Assembly (NCBI RefSeq): GCF_001194135.2
Contig: NC_068989.1
Coordinates: 21,758,036-21,822,035 of the forward strand
Source of the DNA: Octopus bimaculoides
Taxonomy: Eukaryota
Reading direction: 5' to 3'
Length of the DNA: 64,000 nucleotides
Shown: piece by piece, positions 13,491-26,794 of the stretch
Numbering within the stretch: the first letter of the stretch is position 1
Layout of the letters: the number at the start of each line of letters is the position of its first letter
Program-made: the position numbers and the translations under genes
The notes under the pieces: generated by a model
Told to the model about the DNA's origin: nothing
The model's database searches: none
The model's input: the letters and a program-made list of their open reading frames with translations, nothing else

Positions 13491-15705
13491 TCTAAACCAA
13501 CAACTGACATGCAATCATCATCATCATNNNNNNNNNNNNNNNNNNNNNNNNNNNNNNNNNNNNNNNNNNNNNNNNNNNNNNNNNNNNNNNNNNNNNNNNN
13601 NNNNNNNNNNNNNNNNNNNNNNNNNNNNNNNNNTTTCTACAGCTGGATGCCCTTCCTAATGCCAACCACTCCAAGAGTGTATTATAGAAAATATGGAGAA
13701 AATATTAAATGTGATATGTCATCAAAGTCATTTAAATAGTTGAAACAAGAAGCAGCTAAGGAAATATCTCACACACATTTGTTGCTTTTTGTGGATGGTT
13801 TGAAAAGTTCAAGGTCTAATCTCCAAGGCATTTAAATAACAGGGAAATCAACAAATGCTGAAATCCAAGCTGGTTGGATCAAACAGATCTGATTAAAAGC
13901 AGTCCATCTGTGATCATCTGGCTTGTTTTACCTTTTCAGCCATTGCACACCAAAGACAACATAATCCANNNNNNNNNNNNNNNNNNNNNNNNNNNNNNNN
14001 NNNNNNNNNNNNNNNNNNNNNNNNNNNNNNNNNNNNNNNNNNNNNNNNNNNNNNNNNNNNNNNNNNNNNNNNNNNNNNNNNNNNNNNNNAGAGCCTAGCT
14101 TTGACCTTGAGTAATTGCAAGCAAAAGAAATGGCTGTAAAATTGGACTCAGAGTTGTAACTACAAAGTATGTTTCAATGTAACCTGTTCTTGCTCTTCCA
14201 ATGACTTTGCACATTGGCAGAAGATCACTTTTGTAACAAATACAAAAAGGGATTGCAGTAGTTTAAAAATCGTCTACTTTACTATTGCTATGTTTGTCTA
14301 ACAGTCATTCTCAATAGGTGTGTACATAGACAATAAGATTTTAAAATTAGTTCTGTTGTTGACAATGATGAAGTTTTTGTTGCTTAACCATAACTGAAAA
14401 ACAAACTATGACCAAAAGCCTTCCAGCGATGACCAGCTTATGCACAAGGTAAGGTGAGCTATATGAATTGATAGATACTGCATACTTTTTGTTACTGACG
14501 GATAAGCCCCATCAATAGATGCAGGCATGGTAGGGTGGTAACGAGTTTGCTTCCCAACCACATGGTTCTAAGTTCAGTCCCACCGTGTGGCACCTTGGGC
14601 AAATGTCTTCTACTATAGCCCAGGGCCAACCAAAGTCATGAGTATATTTGGTAGACAGAAACCAAAAGAAGCTGGTCGTATATGTATATATCTATGTGTA
14701 TGTTGTTGTATGTGTTTATCCCCCACTACTGCTTGGCAACTGGTATTGGTTTGTTTACATCCCAGTAACTTACAAGTTCAGCAAAAGAGACTGACAATAA
14801 ATATCAGATTTGAATAAGACAAATATCCATGGTATAGTGTGATATCTGTTTAGCAACCAGGGCATTTTACTTTTCTGCTGTAAAAATTTACAGCACTCAA
14901 TAAAAAGGTTTCTTTTTCAGATATGACACACCATCAGTGGGTGATCTACTAACTACAATATCTCAAGACAGATCCTTGAAGGTCTAGCACTGATACCATT
15001 TCAAAAAAACTCTATTAAAAAGCAAACAATTTTGCCCTGAAGAGAGATACACATTTGAATTTTGTACAATGAAAGACTCCTTATCCACAAGTTAGTTGTT
15101 AGACTTGCCCTGATTTGATCAAGCTGAAGTTTCTCAGGGTTTTTAAAATTTTTTTTTTTTAACCCAAAGTGTATTTTGGACTGTATCATCCAATGTATCT
15201 GTTTCCTTTTCTAAAACAATAACTTTCAGAGATTCTGTTCTATTTCTTCTAGATCAAGAATTGCATGGAGACATGCTATTATGGGTAGTGGCTGTTGTTG
15301 AACCCCAGAGCAACACTAACTGAACAGAGCTGTGATTAAAAAGATTTTTTGGTCATGACTAAACTGTCTTTATTCAGGCAGTATATATTTAGAACAATAT
15401 TATGTAGTTTTTATTTCTCGATTTTTTTTTTCTTTTGAAGACGATAAAGCATCATTTGAGAGAAATTTCTTTCTTTTCTAACAAACCAAAGGTCAGGCAA
15501 TCATGTAGAGGTTCCTTATATCGGTTGGTCGGCATGCACCTGTCTCCTTAGAGCTTGTTGAAGATCAGTTCAAATTAGGAGAATGCATATATAAGTGAGC
15601 TGTAGGAATGATATACAGATAGCTTAATACAGACACAACTTCAGAATTTTGTTAGTCCTTTGTTAAGTAGCACAGTATTGCTGTGTGGTAAGCTGGGAGG
15701 AGGAT

Positions 15706-15707
<2 letters not shown>

Positions 15708-15739
<32 letters not shown>

Positions 15740-15749
15740 NNNNNNNNNN

Positions 15750-15781
<32 letters not shown>
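15708..15781. repeat. (TA)n microsatellite; similar tracts at about 401-450, 35393-35450, 45932-45970, 46213-46250 and 49873-49910
   Basis: Direct inspection. Confidence 0.95.
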
Positions 15782-15782
<1 letters not shown>

Positions 15783-16486
15783 CACTCTTATCACTACATT
15801 GAAAAAAAAATCCTTAATCAATGAAAACTCTGCCCATTTTTCAAGTTACTAATAACTTCATTTTAAGCATACTCAGTCAAGCAGGTAAAAAAAAAATTGA
15901 AAAGCAGGCAGAGTTTTCATTGCTTAAGGAGTATTTTCACTATAGTGATAGGAGTGTTAAATATATCTCCTCTTCCAGCTTACCACACAGAACAATACTG
16001 TGCTACTTAACAAAGAACAAAAAAATAACTAGAGTAGGTGGTAAAAATATTTACAATGGAAGAAGTGAGGAAACAAAAATAAAATAAAAAAATGACATAT
16101 GAANNNNNNNNNNNNNNNNNNNNNNNNNNNNNNNNNNNNNNNNNNNNNNNNNNNNNNNNNNNNNNNNNNNNNNNNNNNNNNNNNNNNNNNNNNNNNNNNN
16201 NNNNNNNNNNNNNNNNNNNNNNNNNNNNNNNNNNNNNNNNNNNNNNNNNNNNNNNNNNNNNNNNNNNNNNNNNNNNNNNNNNNNNNNNNNNNNNAAAGAA
16301 AAAGAACAAAGAAAAAAGAGAATGAAAAAGAAATCTACAGAAAAAAAACAGCCACATTATATGAAATAATTTAGGTACAAAATACATTTTGTTCCAAATA
16401 TATTAAAAATCATTTAATTTCTACTTAATATGGAGAGGAAAATTACAAGGGACATTTATAATGTAAAAAATACAAAAGTTGCTTAC

Positions 16487-16535
16487 CTGTAGATATTTAT
16501 GAAGGTTGTAGGAAAGGTAAGACCAATGAAACCCA
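16487..16535 (-). CDS. SELENOI: EPT1/SELENOI small exon (49 nt, phase 1-2): (M)GFIGLTFPTTFINIY(R)
   Basis: Acceptor cattgttttctag, donor AG|gtaagc; aligns to human GCALCVTLPMSLLNFFR; phases fit. Confidence 0.9.
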
Positions 16536-17111
16536 CTAGAAAACAATGAATACAAATTAGTTTACATTATCAAAAATGTTTTGCAATACTTTTACATTTA
16601 ATGCATGAGGGAGAATTGGGTGTACATTCAAGGAGCCAAATTATGACTATTAGATAATTGTCATCCTTATCATTTGTCCCTTTAGCATTTAAACTGGCCT
16701 TATCCAGCCAAAATATTGTTTTATTTTCAAACTGGCTAACTCTAGCCTCTCACACTTACTCCCGACAATATTGCTCCAAAAATAAACTATCATGTCACAG
16801 AAATCTTAAAATTACAACATAATCTTTTCTACTCTAGGCACAAAGCGCGATATTTTTGGGGAGGGGGTCAGTCAATTAGATCGACCAAAGTATGCAACTG
16901 GTACTTAATTTATCGGACCCAAAAGGATGAAAGGCAAAGTTGATCTTGGCGGAATTTGAACTCAGAANNNNNNNNNNNNCAAAATACTGCTAAGCATTTC
17001 GCCCAGTGTGCTAATGTTTCTGCCAACTCACCGCCTTCAAAGTTACAAGACAATGCATGACCAATTCAAATCAATGTAAATAAATAAGCACTACATTTGA
17101 CAAAAAGGCAC

Positions 17112-17500
17112 AAGGCTCAGTGGTTAGAGCATTGGGTTCACAATCATGAGGTAGTCAGTTCAATTCCCAGTGTTGTGTTCTTGAGCAAGACACTTTATTT
17201 CACGTTGTTCCAGTTCACTNNNNNNNNNNTTCTTGAGCAAGACACTTTATTTCACGTTGTTCCAGTTCACTCAGCTGTAAAAATGAGTTGCTGTATCGGC
17301 TGTATCAGCCTTTGCCTTTCCCTTGGATAACATCAGTGGCAGGGAAAGGGGAGACAGGTATGCATGGACAACTGCTGGTCTTTTATAGACAACCTTGCCC
17401 GGACTTGCGTCTCAGAAGGTAACTTTCTAGGTGTAATCCCATGGTCATTCATGACCGAAGGGAGTCTTTACCCTCTTTACCCTTACATTTCACAGAGAAA
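17112..17500 (+). mobile_element. tRNA-derived SINE, family E
   Basis: GGCTCAGTGGTTAGAGC...CAGTTCAATTCCC head followed by a non-tRNA body (cttgagcaagacactttatttcacg...). Confidence 0.7.
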
Positions 17501-18050
17501 ACTGAATGCTAAAAGGTTGATGTCCTTTTTCTATGCTGGCTTCAATTGCATGATTAGACAGGATCCAGAAAGCTGCAGGACTATATTGGGGTGCAATGTC
17601 TGTTTTGTCAGTTTCAAACAGCCTGACGCCGTTTCTTTGATACCACTTTACAATGTATATTGGGTGCTTTTTGCATACCACCAGCACTAATAGTTTCCAA
17701 GTATCTTGCCACCTAGGAAAAATAAAATCTCAACAAGTGTGCAGGGGAAAGTATTAGAGACAGAGAGAGAGGGTGGTGGCTTTATGCCAGGCATTGAGAG
17801 GCTAAAGTATANNNNNNNNNNGAGAGAGAGGGTGGTGGCTTTATGCCAGGCATTGAGAGGCTAAAGTATAAGAGAGAATAGGACAAGCACAGGTGACTTG
17901 GTAGAAAGGAGTTTCATGGCTATCCCACATTATATAAGAGTGGGTGGGAGTAGCTGGGAAAAAGACAAAGATGGAGATGTCAAAGTAAACACTTAAGGAA
18001 CAAGAAGGTGAACATAAGAGAGGACACAACCAAAGAGACAAAAATTGATA

Positions 18051-18135
18051 TACCACCACCACCACCACCACCACCACCACCACCACCACCNNNNNNNNNN
18101 CCACCACCACCACCACCACCACCACCACCACCACC
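18051..18135. repeat. (CCA)n microsatellite (source of the spurious poly-His/poly-Val ORFs)
   Basis: Direct inspection; spans a 10-N gap. Confidence 0.95.
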
Positions 18136-18726
18136 AACAAGCATCAAGAAAGAAATGCTGCTGCTTCACTCAGCAGACCAAGACTGAGACCAAGGAAATT
18201 AGAGGTAGTCCACATCACCAAAAGTAATTTCATAAATGTGGCTTAGTTGATAGTTTTTAAGCGGAAACAGACAATGGCTTAATTGCTGGTTTACAGTGGG
18301 AACAGATGGGTTAGGTGATGGTTACAATGGAAACAAGTGATCTAGTTGATGATTTGCAGTGCTGACATTGAATAGTTTCATAAGCAAATGATTAGACTCA
18401 TGCGAGCTGGCAGAAACGTTAGCACGCCGGGNNNNNNNNNNNNNNNNNNNNNNNNNNNNNNNNNNNNNNNNNNNNNNNNNNNNNNNNNNNNNNNNNNNNN
18501 NNNNNNNNNCTTTCATCCTTTCAGGGTCAATTAAATAAGTACCAGTTACGCACTGAGGTTGACGTAATTGACTTAATCCCTTTGTCCTTGTTTGTCCCCT
18601 CTATGTTTAGCCCNNNNNNNNNNTTGTCCCCTCTATGTTTAGCCCCTTGAGGGCAATAAAGAAATAAGAAATACTCGAGAGTAGAGTAACCCTGCAGATT
18701 TAGACCACCCTACAAGCTAACAGAAT

Positions 18727-19994
18727 TATTGGGTTGGCCAAAAAATCCGTTCAGTCTTTATGAAAACTAAACTAGAAACACTCTAATAAGTAGCTAACTT
18801 CAGTCTGTCTCTTGTGCATGCACACTCATTAGAAACTTGATAATTCAGTGTAGTTCAACATAAACTTGTTTAGAGACAGATTGAATTTTGTGTGCTTGGA
18901 ATCACTCTGAAAGTGGAGAACCAAAACAAACATTGTGCTTTTATTTTAAAAAAGGCAAGAAAGCAGTGGAAACCTGCAGGAAGATATGCACTGTGTATGG
19001 AGGGAATACTGATGCACAATGTGTGCCAGAAGTGATTTCTGAGATTTCAATAGCAAAATCTATCTGTTCAGATGCACGTTGCTCTGGCCGCCCAACTGAG
19101 ATTAACAGCAATACCAACCCCCTCCCCACCCCATTATGACCCAGATAATCACAGATATTCAAATCAAGTGTTGAAAACCAACTGCATCAACCTTATGTCA
19201 ACAAGCTTGATGTTAGGGCTCACATCAATTGAATGAGGCAGGTAACTCCACCAAAAACATTTTCATCAGCAATTTGTTGCAGAAACGTGAAGAAAGTATT
19301 TTGCAATCCACCACAAACAACCTGCAAAGCAGGATGTCCCCCAAAGAAGGTCATGCTTTCAATTTGGTCAGATTGGAAGGGTGTTATCTTTTATGAACTT
19401 CTTCCAATAGACAGGACCATCAATTCGATGTGTGCTGTGCCCAGCTGGACAAAACAAATGTAGCAATCTACCAGAAGCATCCAGCACTTGCTGACTGTAA
19501 AGGCACTGTCTTTCATCATGACAATGCTAGACAACACACTTCTTTGCAAATGTGGCAGACATTACTGANNNNNNNNNNGACAATGCTAGACAACACACTT
19601 CTTTGCAAATGTGGCAGACATTACTGAAGCTTGGCTGGAAAGTTTCACCTGACCTTGCATCATCAAATTTCCACCTATTTCAGTCTNNNNNNNNNNGAAA
19701 GTTTCACCTGACCTTGCATCATCAAATTTCCACCTATTTCAGTCTCTTCAAAATTCATTCAGTGGACAAACCTTCCATTCTGAAGAGGATATTGAAATTC
19801 ACCAGGAAGAATTTTTACCAATAAAGACAGGAAATTCTTTGAGCAGGGAATAATACATCTGCCCATAAGATGGCAGAAGATACTGGAATGAAACAATAAT
19901 TGCACCACAGACTAAATAAATCACTTTGTGTTTAAAACTGGCGTCTTTATTTTCACTTAAAAAAAAACTTTTTTTTTTTTTACCCAACCAAATA
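18727..19994 (+). mobile_element. Degenerate mariner transposon
   Basis: TIR TATTGGGTTGGCCAAAAAA with an imperfect inverted copy near 19975-19994. Translated pieces: FYFKKGKKAVETCRKICTVYG, PKKVMLSIW, FHHDNARQH, SPDLASSNFHLFQS. Confidence 0.88.
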
Positions 19995-20797
19995 AAAGAT
20001 ACAGTGCTAGAGTTATGAAGATGCTGAATAAATGATAAAATTGTTAGATTATAAACTATATCAGGCATTAAATTATAATTTTACACATAACAGCCTATTT
20101 TTTTCAAGTTAATGAAATTTAGAAGGTAATACACATGCACATATACATGTAAATAAAATAAAATAAAGAAAATTTTTTTTTTTTAAATTCCAACCAATAT
20201 CTCAGTAAATACCTAAATTTGCAAAACAATTTGAGTCTTGTAATGACATGAGAAAATGAAAGTACGAGTATTAAGAATGTATTCTGTCATTGGAGAGAAA
20301 GAGGGAGGAATCTTAAGAATGTGTGAACAGCACTAGATGTAAACAAGCCTAGATACAAATTACCCTTTATCAGGAAGAACTTTAGATGCCACAGATATTA
20401 CGTCATTTATTAACATGTCTTATAATATTTACCAAAAACTGTACACTCGTCTCATAGCAAAGGCACTAACCCAACCTGCCAGAGACTACCCCTTACTCAT
20501 GTATTCGTATTGGAATTAAAATCTCAATCAAAACTGGATCAAACCACAATGATGCATTGGATTTCAGTTGATTAACACCAGAATAATATTACAATATATA
20601 TGTTACTGATATTTTACTAACTACTGCAAAAAATTTATTATCTGGTGAATTAATTAAAAAAAATATGGGTAGTCTAATGAAATACAGACACAAAAGGTTG
20701 AACAAAATATAGGATGAAAAAAATAGTTNNNNNNNNNNAAATACAGACACAAAAGGTTGAACAAAATATAGGATGAAAAAAATAGTTTACAACTTAC

Positions 20798-20909
20798 TAT
20801 GTACAATTATTTCAACCATTACAGATGCTGGAATATTAAGGACTGGTACTATGAATTTCCACATTTCATAGCCACCAAAATATGTTACTAAATAAAAGAT
20901 TGTCATTGC
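20798..20909 (-). CDS. SELENOI: EPT1/SELENOI coding exon (112 nt, phase 0-1): AMTIFYLVTYFGGYEMWKFIVPVLNIPASVMVEIIVH
   Basis: Acceptor tttctatttaattccag, donor A|gtaagt; hydrophobic TM segment with G.E.W pattern; phases fit both neighbouring exons. Confidence 0.9.
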
Positions 20910-22609
20910 CTGGAATTAAATAGAAACAGAACAATAATAATAATAACAATAATAATAATAATAATACTTTCTACCGAAGGCACAAGGCCTTGAAATTTTG
21001 CGGGAGGGGACTAGTTGATTACATCAACTCCAGTTTTTCACAGGTACTTAATTTATCGACCCCAAAAGAATGAAAAGCAAAGTCAACCTTAGTGCCCTCA
21101 TTAAACACACATGATGGTCTTCTTTCAGTTTCCATCTACCAAATCTACTCAGTTTGATTGGCCCAGGGCAATAGGAAATGACACTTACCCAAGGTTTCAC
21201 ATAGTGGAGCTGAAGCCAGCACTACACTGCTGAGAAGTTTGCTTCTCAGCTACACACCCACATTTTCACTTAATTTTACTTGCCATATATTAAATCCGGC
21301 TATTATTGCNNNNNNNNNNNNNNNNNNNNNNNNNNNNNNNNNAACACTTCAACTTATTGATCTAGTCTTTGGACATTCAATACAATCATTATTGTTTCAA
21401 TGCCCACTTTTCTTTGTTTGCAAAGGATCAAATGAAACATTAGGCAGCCCATGTTTCACTGCTTGTACCATGGCTGTTTGCACCCAGGTATCATNNNNNN
21501 NNNNNNNNNNNNNNNNNNNNNNNNNNNNNNNNNNNNNNNNNNNNNNNNNNNNNNNNNNNNNNNNNNNNNNNNNNNNNNNNNNNNNNNNNNNNNNTGTGTG
21601 TGTGTGTGTGTGTGTGTGCATGCATGTATGTATTTTTATCTTTCTCATGGGAAATTTTATGCACTGATTGTAAATAATAGTGTCAGTTGTTTGTAATTCT
21701 ATTTTCTGTGCAAATATGCCTAGCCATTTAGCTGTTTATTGTTCAAAGGGCTAGGGTAAATATTTTGTTTGGAAATAAGTGACTGTTAGCAACAAGGAGA
21801 GCATGTGGTTGTAAATAATCTGCCTGAGTCACTGAAACTTGTTTTTCTCTATTCATTATAATAGTAGTTTCATTNNNNNNNNNNAGGTATGTCACAGTAA
21901 AATTGTATAAAAAATGTAAATATGGGAGCAGGAACATTCAACTGTATCTGTGTCGCAAATATTAAACCCTGCCATTGGTCAACTCATTTACAATGATCAA
22001 CCTTCTCTCTTAGTATGGTTTAATGAGGGCACACTGTATTTTGTTGTGCAATTTGAAATCCAGATGCATGGATGGTTGTATGGTTAAGATATTCACTTTG
22101 GAATCACTGGTTTAGACTTCATTCTCATTGCATGTAGATTGGTGTTTTCTTCAATGACTGCATGATGGCCAATGGCTTGTGACTGAATCAGCAGAAAAAA
22201 TTATAAGAAACCCAGTGTGTGTGTGTGTGTGTGTGTGTGTGCATGCATGTATGTATTTTTATCTTTCTCATGGGAAATTTTATGCACTGATTGTAAATAA
22301 TAGTGTCAGTTGTTTGTAATTCTATTTTCTGTGCAAATATGCCTAGCCATTTAGCTGTTTANNNNNNNNNNNNNNNNNNNNNNNNNNNNNNNNNNNNNNN
22401 NNNNNNNNNNNNNNNNNNNNNNNNNNNNNNNNNNNNNNNNNNNNNNNNNNNNNNNNNNNNNNNNNNNNNNNNNNNNNNNNNNNNCATTATAATAGTAGTT
22501 TCATTTGACTAACATTTTTATGCTCATTCATTCAACTATTGTTTTACATGAGTGCATACTCATTCTGCTGCAATGACTATACACCTCATTTCAATTTTCA
22601 CATGTCAGG

Positions 22610-23110
22610 GGGGAAAAACTAGAAGTAGTTGATAGCTTTCGTTACCTAGGTGCCCAAGTTAGTAGTGGGGATGGATGCTCTCAGAGAATAGCTGCTAGAA
22701 TAAGAATAATCTGGGCAAAGTTCAGAGAGCTCTTACCTCTGCTGGTAACAAAAAGCTTCTTGCTCAGAGTGAAAAGTAGACTGTATGATACCTGGGTGCA
22801 AACAGCCATGGTACAAGCAGTGAAACATGGGCTGTGACTACCGAAGACATGTGTAGGCTTAAAAGAAATGAAGCCACTATATGCTCCACTGGATGTGTAA
22901 AGCCAGTGTGCATACATGACAGAGTGTAAGTGCCCTGAGAGAAAAGTTGGACATAAGAAGCGTCAGATGTGGTATGGTTATGTGATGCATATGGATGAGG
23001 ACAGCTGTGTGAAGAAGTGTCACACTCTAACAGTGGAGGGAACTTGTAGAAGAGGTAGACCCAGAAAGGGATGAGGTGGTGAAGCACGACCTTCAAATGT
23101 TGGGCCTAAA
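22610..23110 (+). mobile_element. RTE-clade LINE fragment (post-RT/C-terminal region), degenerate
   Basis: Translates LEVVDSFRYLGAQVSSGDGCSQRIAARIRIIWAKFRELLPLLVTK...SETWAV, then WYG.V.M and GTCRRGRPRK-type segments. Confidence 0.8.
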
Positions 23111-24174
23111 TGAGGCAATGACAAGTGACCATGACTTTTGGAGATATGCCGTGCTTGAGAAGACCCAGCAAGTCAAGTGAGATCATAGCCGTGGTCGATG
23201 CTAGTGTCGCATAACTGGCTGGTTTAAAAGCACCCTTCAATCGTTGGGCAATCTGCTGTACTTGTGAAGACCTATTGAACTGAGTGAAATCATAGTCATG
23301 GCCGATGCCAGTGCCGCCGAACTATTTTATTACTTTAAATCCAATTATTATTCTAAAATCCACTGAACTGTTTTACTGAGTGATTCTTTTAATGTAAATA
23401 TATATCCATGAAGTGGAATTTGTAGCAAATTTTCATCTTTGTAGATTGTGGTAAATTCAACAGTGTCTATTTTTGTATTAAAAATTCAGTTATCAGCCCG
23501 TTACTTTCACCAGATTTCATTAACAAGGAGTCACCGAAACTTGTTTTCCGCTGCTCATTTTAATAGTGATTTTATTTGGTTGACACTTTTATATACATTA
23601 CAGCAAGCATTCATTCAAGTACAGGTTATCAACCACAACTGGTCATAAGTCAATTTGGTCATAAATCAGCCTATAGGCCTATATATAGCTTTGTTTTATA
23701 TCTTTACATTAAGGTATTTTCTCAAGTAAAAGTCATTCTGTATTATACTATATATAGGTATTAGTAAAAAATTTAGGAGTCTCAAGCAGTCTTATAAACA
23801 AAGACAAGGTTGCTTCAATGTCTTGGGGAAGCATTTGTTAGCTGACATCATCCATAGATGGGTTAATTTCTAAGAAATTAAACCTATTAGATTTCTGTTG
23901 AACTTTATTATTGCTGCTGGGAGCTGGCATGCCAATCATCAAAGTCAATCGGCCATAAGTCAATGACGACATTATCGTGTTTTACATGACTGATATTCCT
24001 AGATAATTCCCCTTCAATTGTTTTAGTATGGCTTGAAATCAGGTTTTGCTCTTTGCAACAAACCACTAAATCTTCAGTGACCTTACATTTTACACCAAGA
24101 ATCAGATCATTCACTAGCATATGATTCCATCATGTTGAAGATTGACTGCAACAATTATTAAAATTACCATTATA

Positions 24175-24386
24175 TAGGGTGTCCACAAAGTCTGGGTACA
24201 TGGAGTAAATAAAATCTTAACATAAACAATTAAATATAAGAAATAATAATTTCTTAAAGTATGTATTAATCCCCATGTGGATACATGGAGTAAATAAAAT
24301 CTTAACATAGACAATTAAATATACGAAATAATAATTTCTTAAAGTATGTGTTAATCCCCATATACCCAGACTTTGTGAACACCCTG
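24175..24386. mobile_element. Tc1/mariner-type MITE with internal 85-bp tandem duplication
   Basis: TIR (T/C)AGGGTGT(C/T)CACAAAGTCTGGGTA at both ends with TA flanks; internal unit starts at 24197 and 24282. Confidence 0.85.
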
Positions 24387-26405
24387 TAGTATAGACAACT
24401 CAGTACACTAGATAAACGCAGAAGACTTGAAGCACTCAGAAAGAAATCCCTGCAACTCATTTAACATAGTTTCACATTTCTGAAGTTACAAATTAACTGG
24501 TATATACTTATTGGAAAGTCATGTGTGATTTAAGAATCATCATGACTTCCATATTGTAACTGTTTCAGTTTCCACAGACTATCTCAGATCAAATCACTTG
24601 CAAAACAAATAAAACTCTGATGCAAATGAAAGTTATTTATGTAAAACAAATTAATTATAATTTCAAAATAACTGTTTAATGCATTTCCCATTTACTTTAA
24701 TCAAAAATAAACAGGACATATTTGAAATTGTGCTCATTTCATTAATTGCAATCATTATTTGTTTGATTAAAATATTCAACTGTAGTTAAGTTACTACTGT
24801 TAGATGAAATCTTATTCTAAAGTAGCCCTCAAAGAGAGAAAGAAAGCAAGGTGAAGCAAAGTAATGTCATGAATAAAGCCATATTATGCAAATATAACAT
24901 TTTTTTAACTGAAGCCAAATCAAACAGAACTTTTATATTGACTGGAAAATCAGCATAACATTACATCTGGATTTCAAATTGCAATACAAAATACAGTGTG
25001 CCCTCATTAAGCCATACTAAGACAGAAGGCTGATCATTGTAAATGAGTTGACCAATGGCAGGGTTTAATATTTGAGACACAGATCCAGTTGAATATTCCT
25101 GCTCCCATAGTTACATTTTTCATACAATTTTACTGTGACATACCTTCAAAGATGCACACCACAGTGATGTTGATACAATTTAGAAACAATTTTAAGTCCC
25201 CACCAGTCTAGTTCATCAAAAACTTGCTTATGATTAATGCATAATATAATGTTAAATATGAAAAACATGGAACATTAGAAAATATCATTTAGAACACTTT
25301 CGATCAGTATTATATAACAAAACTTGAAAATTTTTCGGTCATGCCTTCCAAATTCATAATGAATAATATCTATCAAGGTAATGCCATAGATTTTATTCAT
25401 GCTGAGCAGAAAGTTGAATGGTTAAAAACAATTAAATCATTCACCTTCTGACAAAAATTTTAACTTCATTCAATGCCTAGCTCAAAAAAGAAACATACAA
25501 ACTTTCAGCTAGTTTGATCTAATCCCATCTTCTAAATGTGTATAATTGGATTTGAAAACAAATTAGTCTATTTATATCATGATTCTACAAGAGTTATCAT
25601 GAAGAATAATTTGTTTCAGTTAAAAAATCTCCAATAAAACAAATTCACACCATGAAAACATGCATATTTGGAGTAAGAGAAAGTGAAGAGGACAAAAGTC
25701 ATACATCATCATCATCATCGTCGTTTAACGTCCGCTTTCCATGCTAGCATGGGTTGGACGATTTGACTGAGGACTGGTGAAACCAGATGGCTACACCAGG
25801 CTCCAATCTGATTTGGCAGACTTTCTACATATTGGCTAAATATAGAGAGAGGGAAGCAAAGGGTGGAAGGAGTAAATGTATGCATATAGTAGAGAAAAGC
25901 TAGTCATCTACGGGAAATAAGAAAGAAAGGATATCTTTCTGAGAGGGATGTTAAAAGCAAATGGCAAATATGATGTATACTGGGGAAATGTTGCACATTT
26001 TGAATCCTGACTTTCTTCCCTCAGTCATTATTCTGGAATGCGTCCATCCAGTACTGTATTATGACATAGCTAGTTGTGAGGTGCTCACAGTTATTTCAGA
26101 GCAACTGCCACAATATTCCTTAACAGGGAACAGAAAAAAAACTAGTTTGCTTTTATGATCTATGATTATATAATTGACTGATCCTAACACTTTTTCTTCT
26201 CTTTTCACCAATTTACCATCTTTGGTACATGTGAAGGGCTCACCAAGAATAACCAGAACATATGACCTTTATAACACTGTCACTCAAAGATCACAGTAGA
26301 AGTTAAAACTGATTATTATTATTATTTTTTTTTTTTTTTTCAACCTTAACTCAGGTTTAACTTGGTTTATCTTACAGAGTCTGGTTTAAAGAGGGTTCAC
26401 TTTAT

Positions 26406-26794
26406 ACTCTTTTACTTGTTTCAGTCATTTGACTGCGGCCATGCTGGAGCACCGCCTTTAGTCAAGAAAATCGACCCTAGGACTTATTCTTTGTAAGTCT
26501 AGTACTTATTCTATCGGTCTCTTTTTGTCGAACTGCTAAGTTACGGGGATGTAAACACACCAGCATTGGTTGTCAAGCGATGTTGGGGGGAACAAACACA
26601 GACACTCAAACACACATACATATATATACATATATACGATGGGCTTCTTTCAGTTTCCGCCTACCAAATCCACTCACAAGGCTTTGGTCGGCCCGAGGCT
26701 ATAGTAGAAGACACTTGCCCAAGGTGCCACGCAGTGGGACTGAACCCGGAACCATGTGGTTGGTAGGCAAGCTACTTACCACACAGCCACTCCT
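26406..26794 (-). mobile_element. tRNA-derived SINE, family A (full length)
   Basis: Minus strand begins with a tRNA-like head (GGCTGTGTGGTAAG...GGTTCAGTCCC), has a central (TA/CA)n linker and ends ...GACTGAAACAAGTAAAAGAG; many near-identical copies in the window. Confidence 0.9.

Noticed and set aside
23908-24120. 70-aa minus-strand ORF with a plausible composition
   Set aside because: No recognisable motif or splice context; not supportable without a search.
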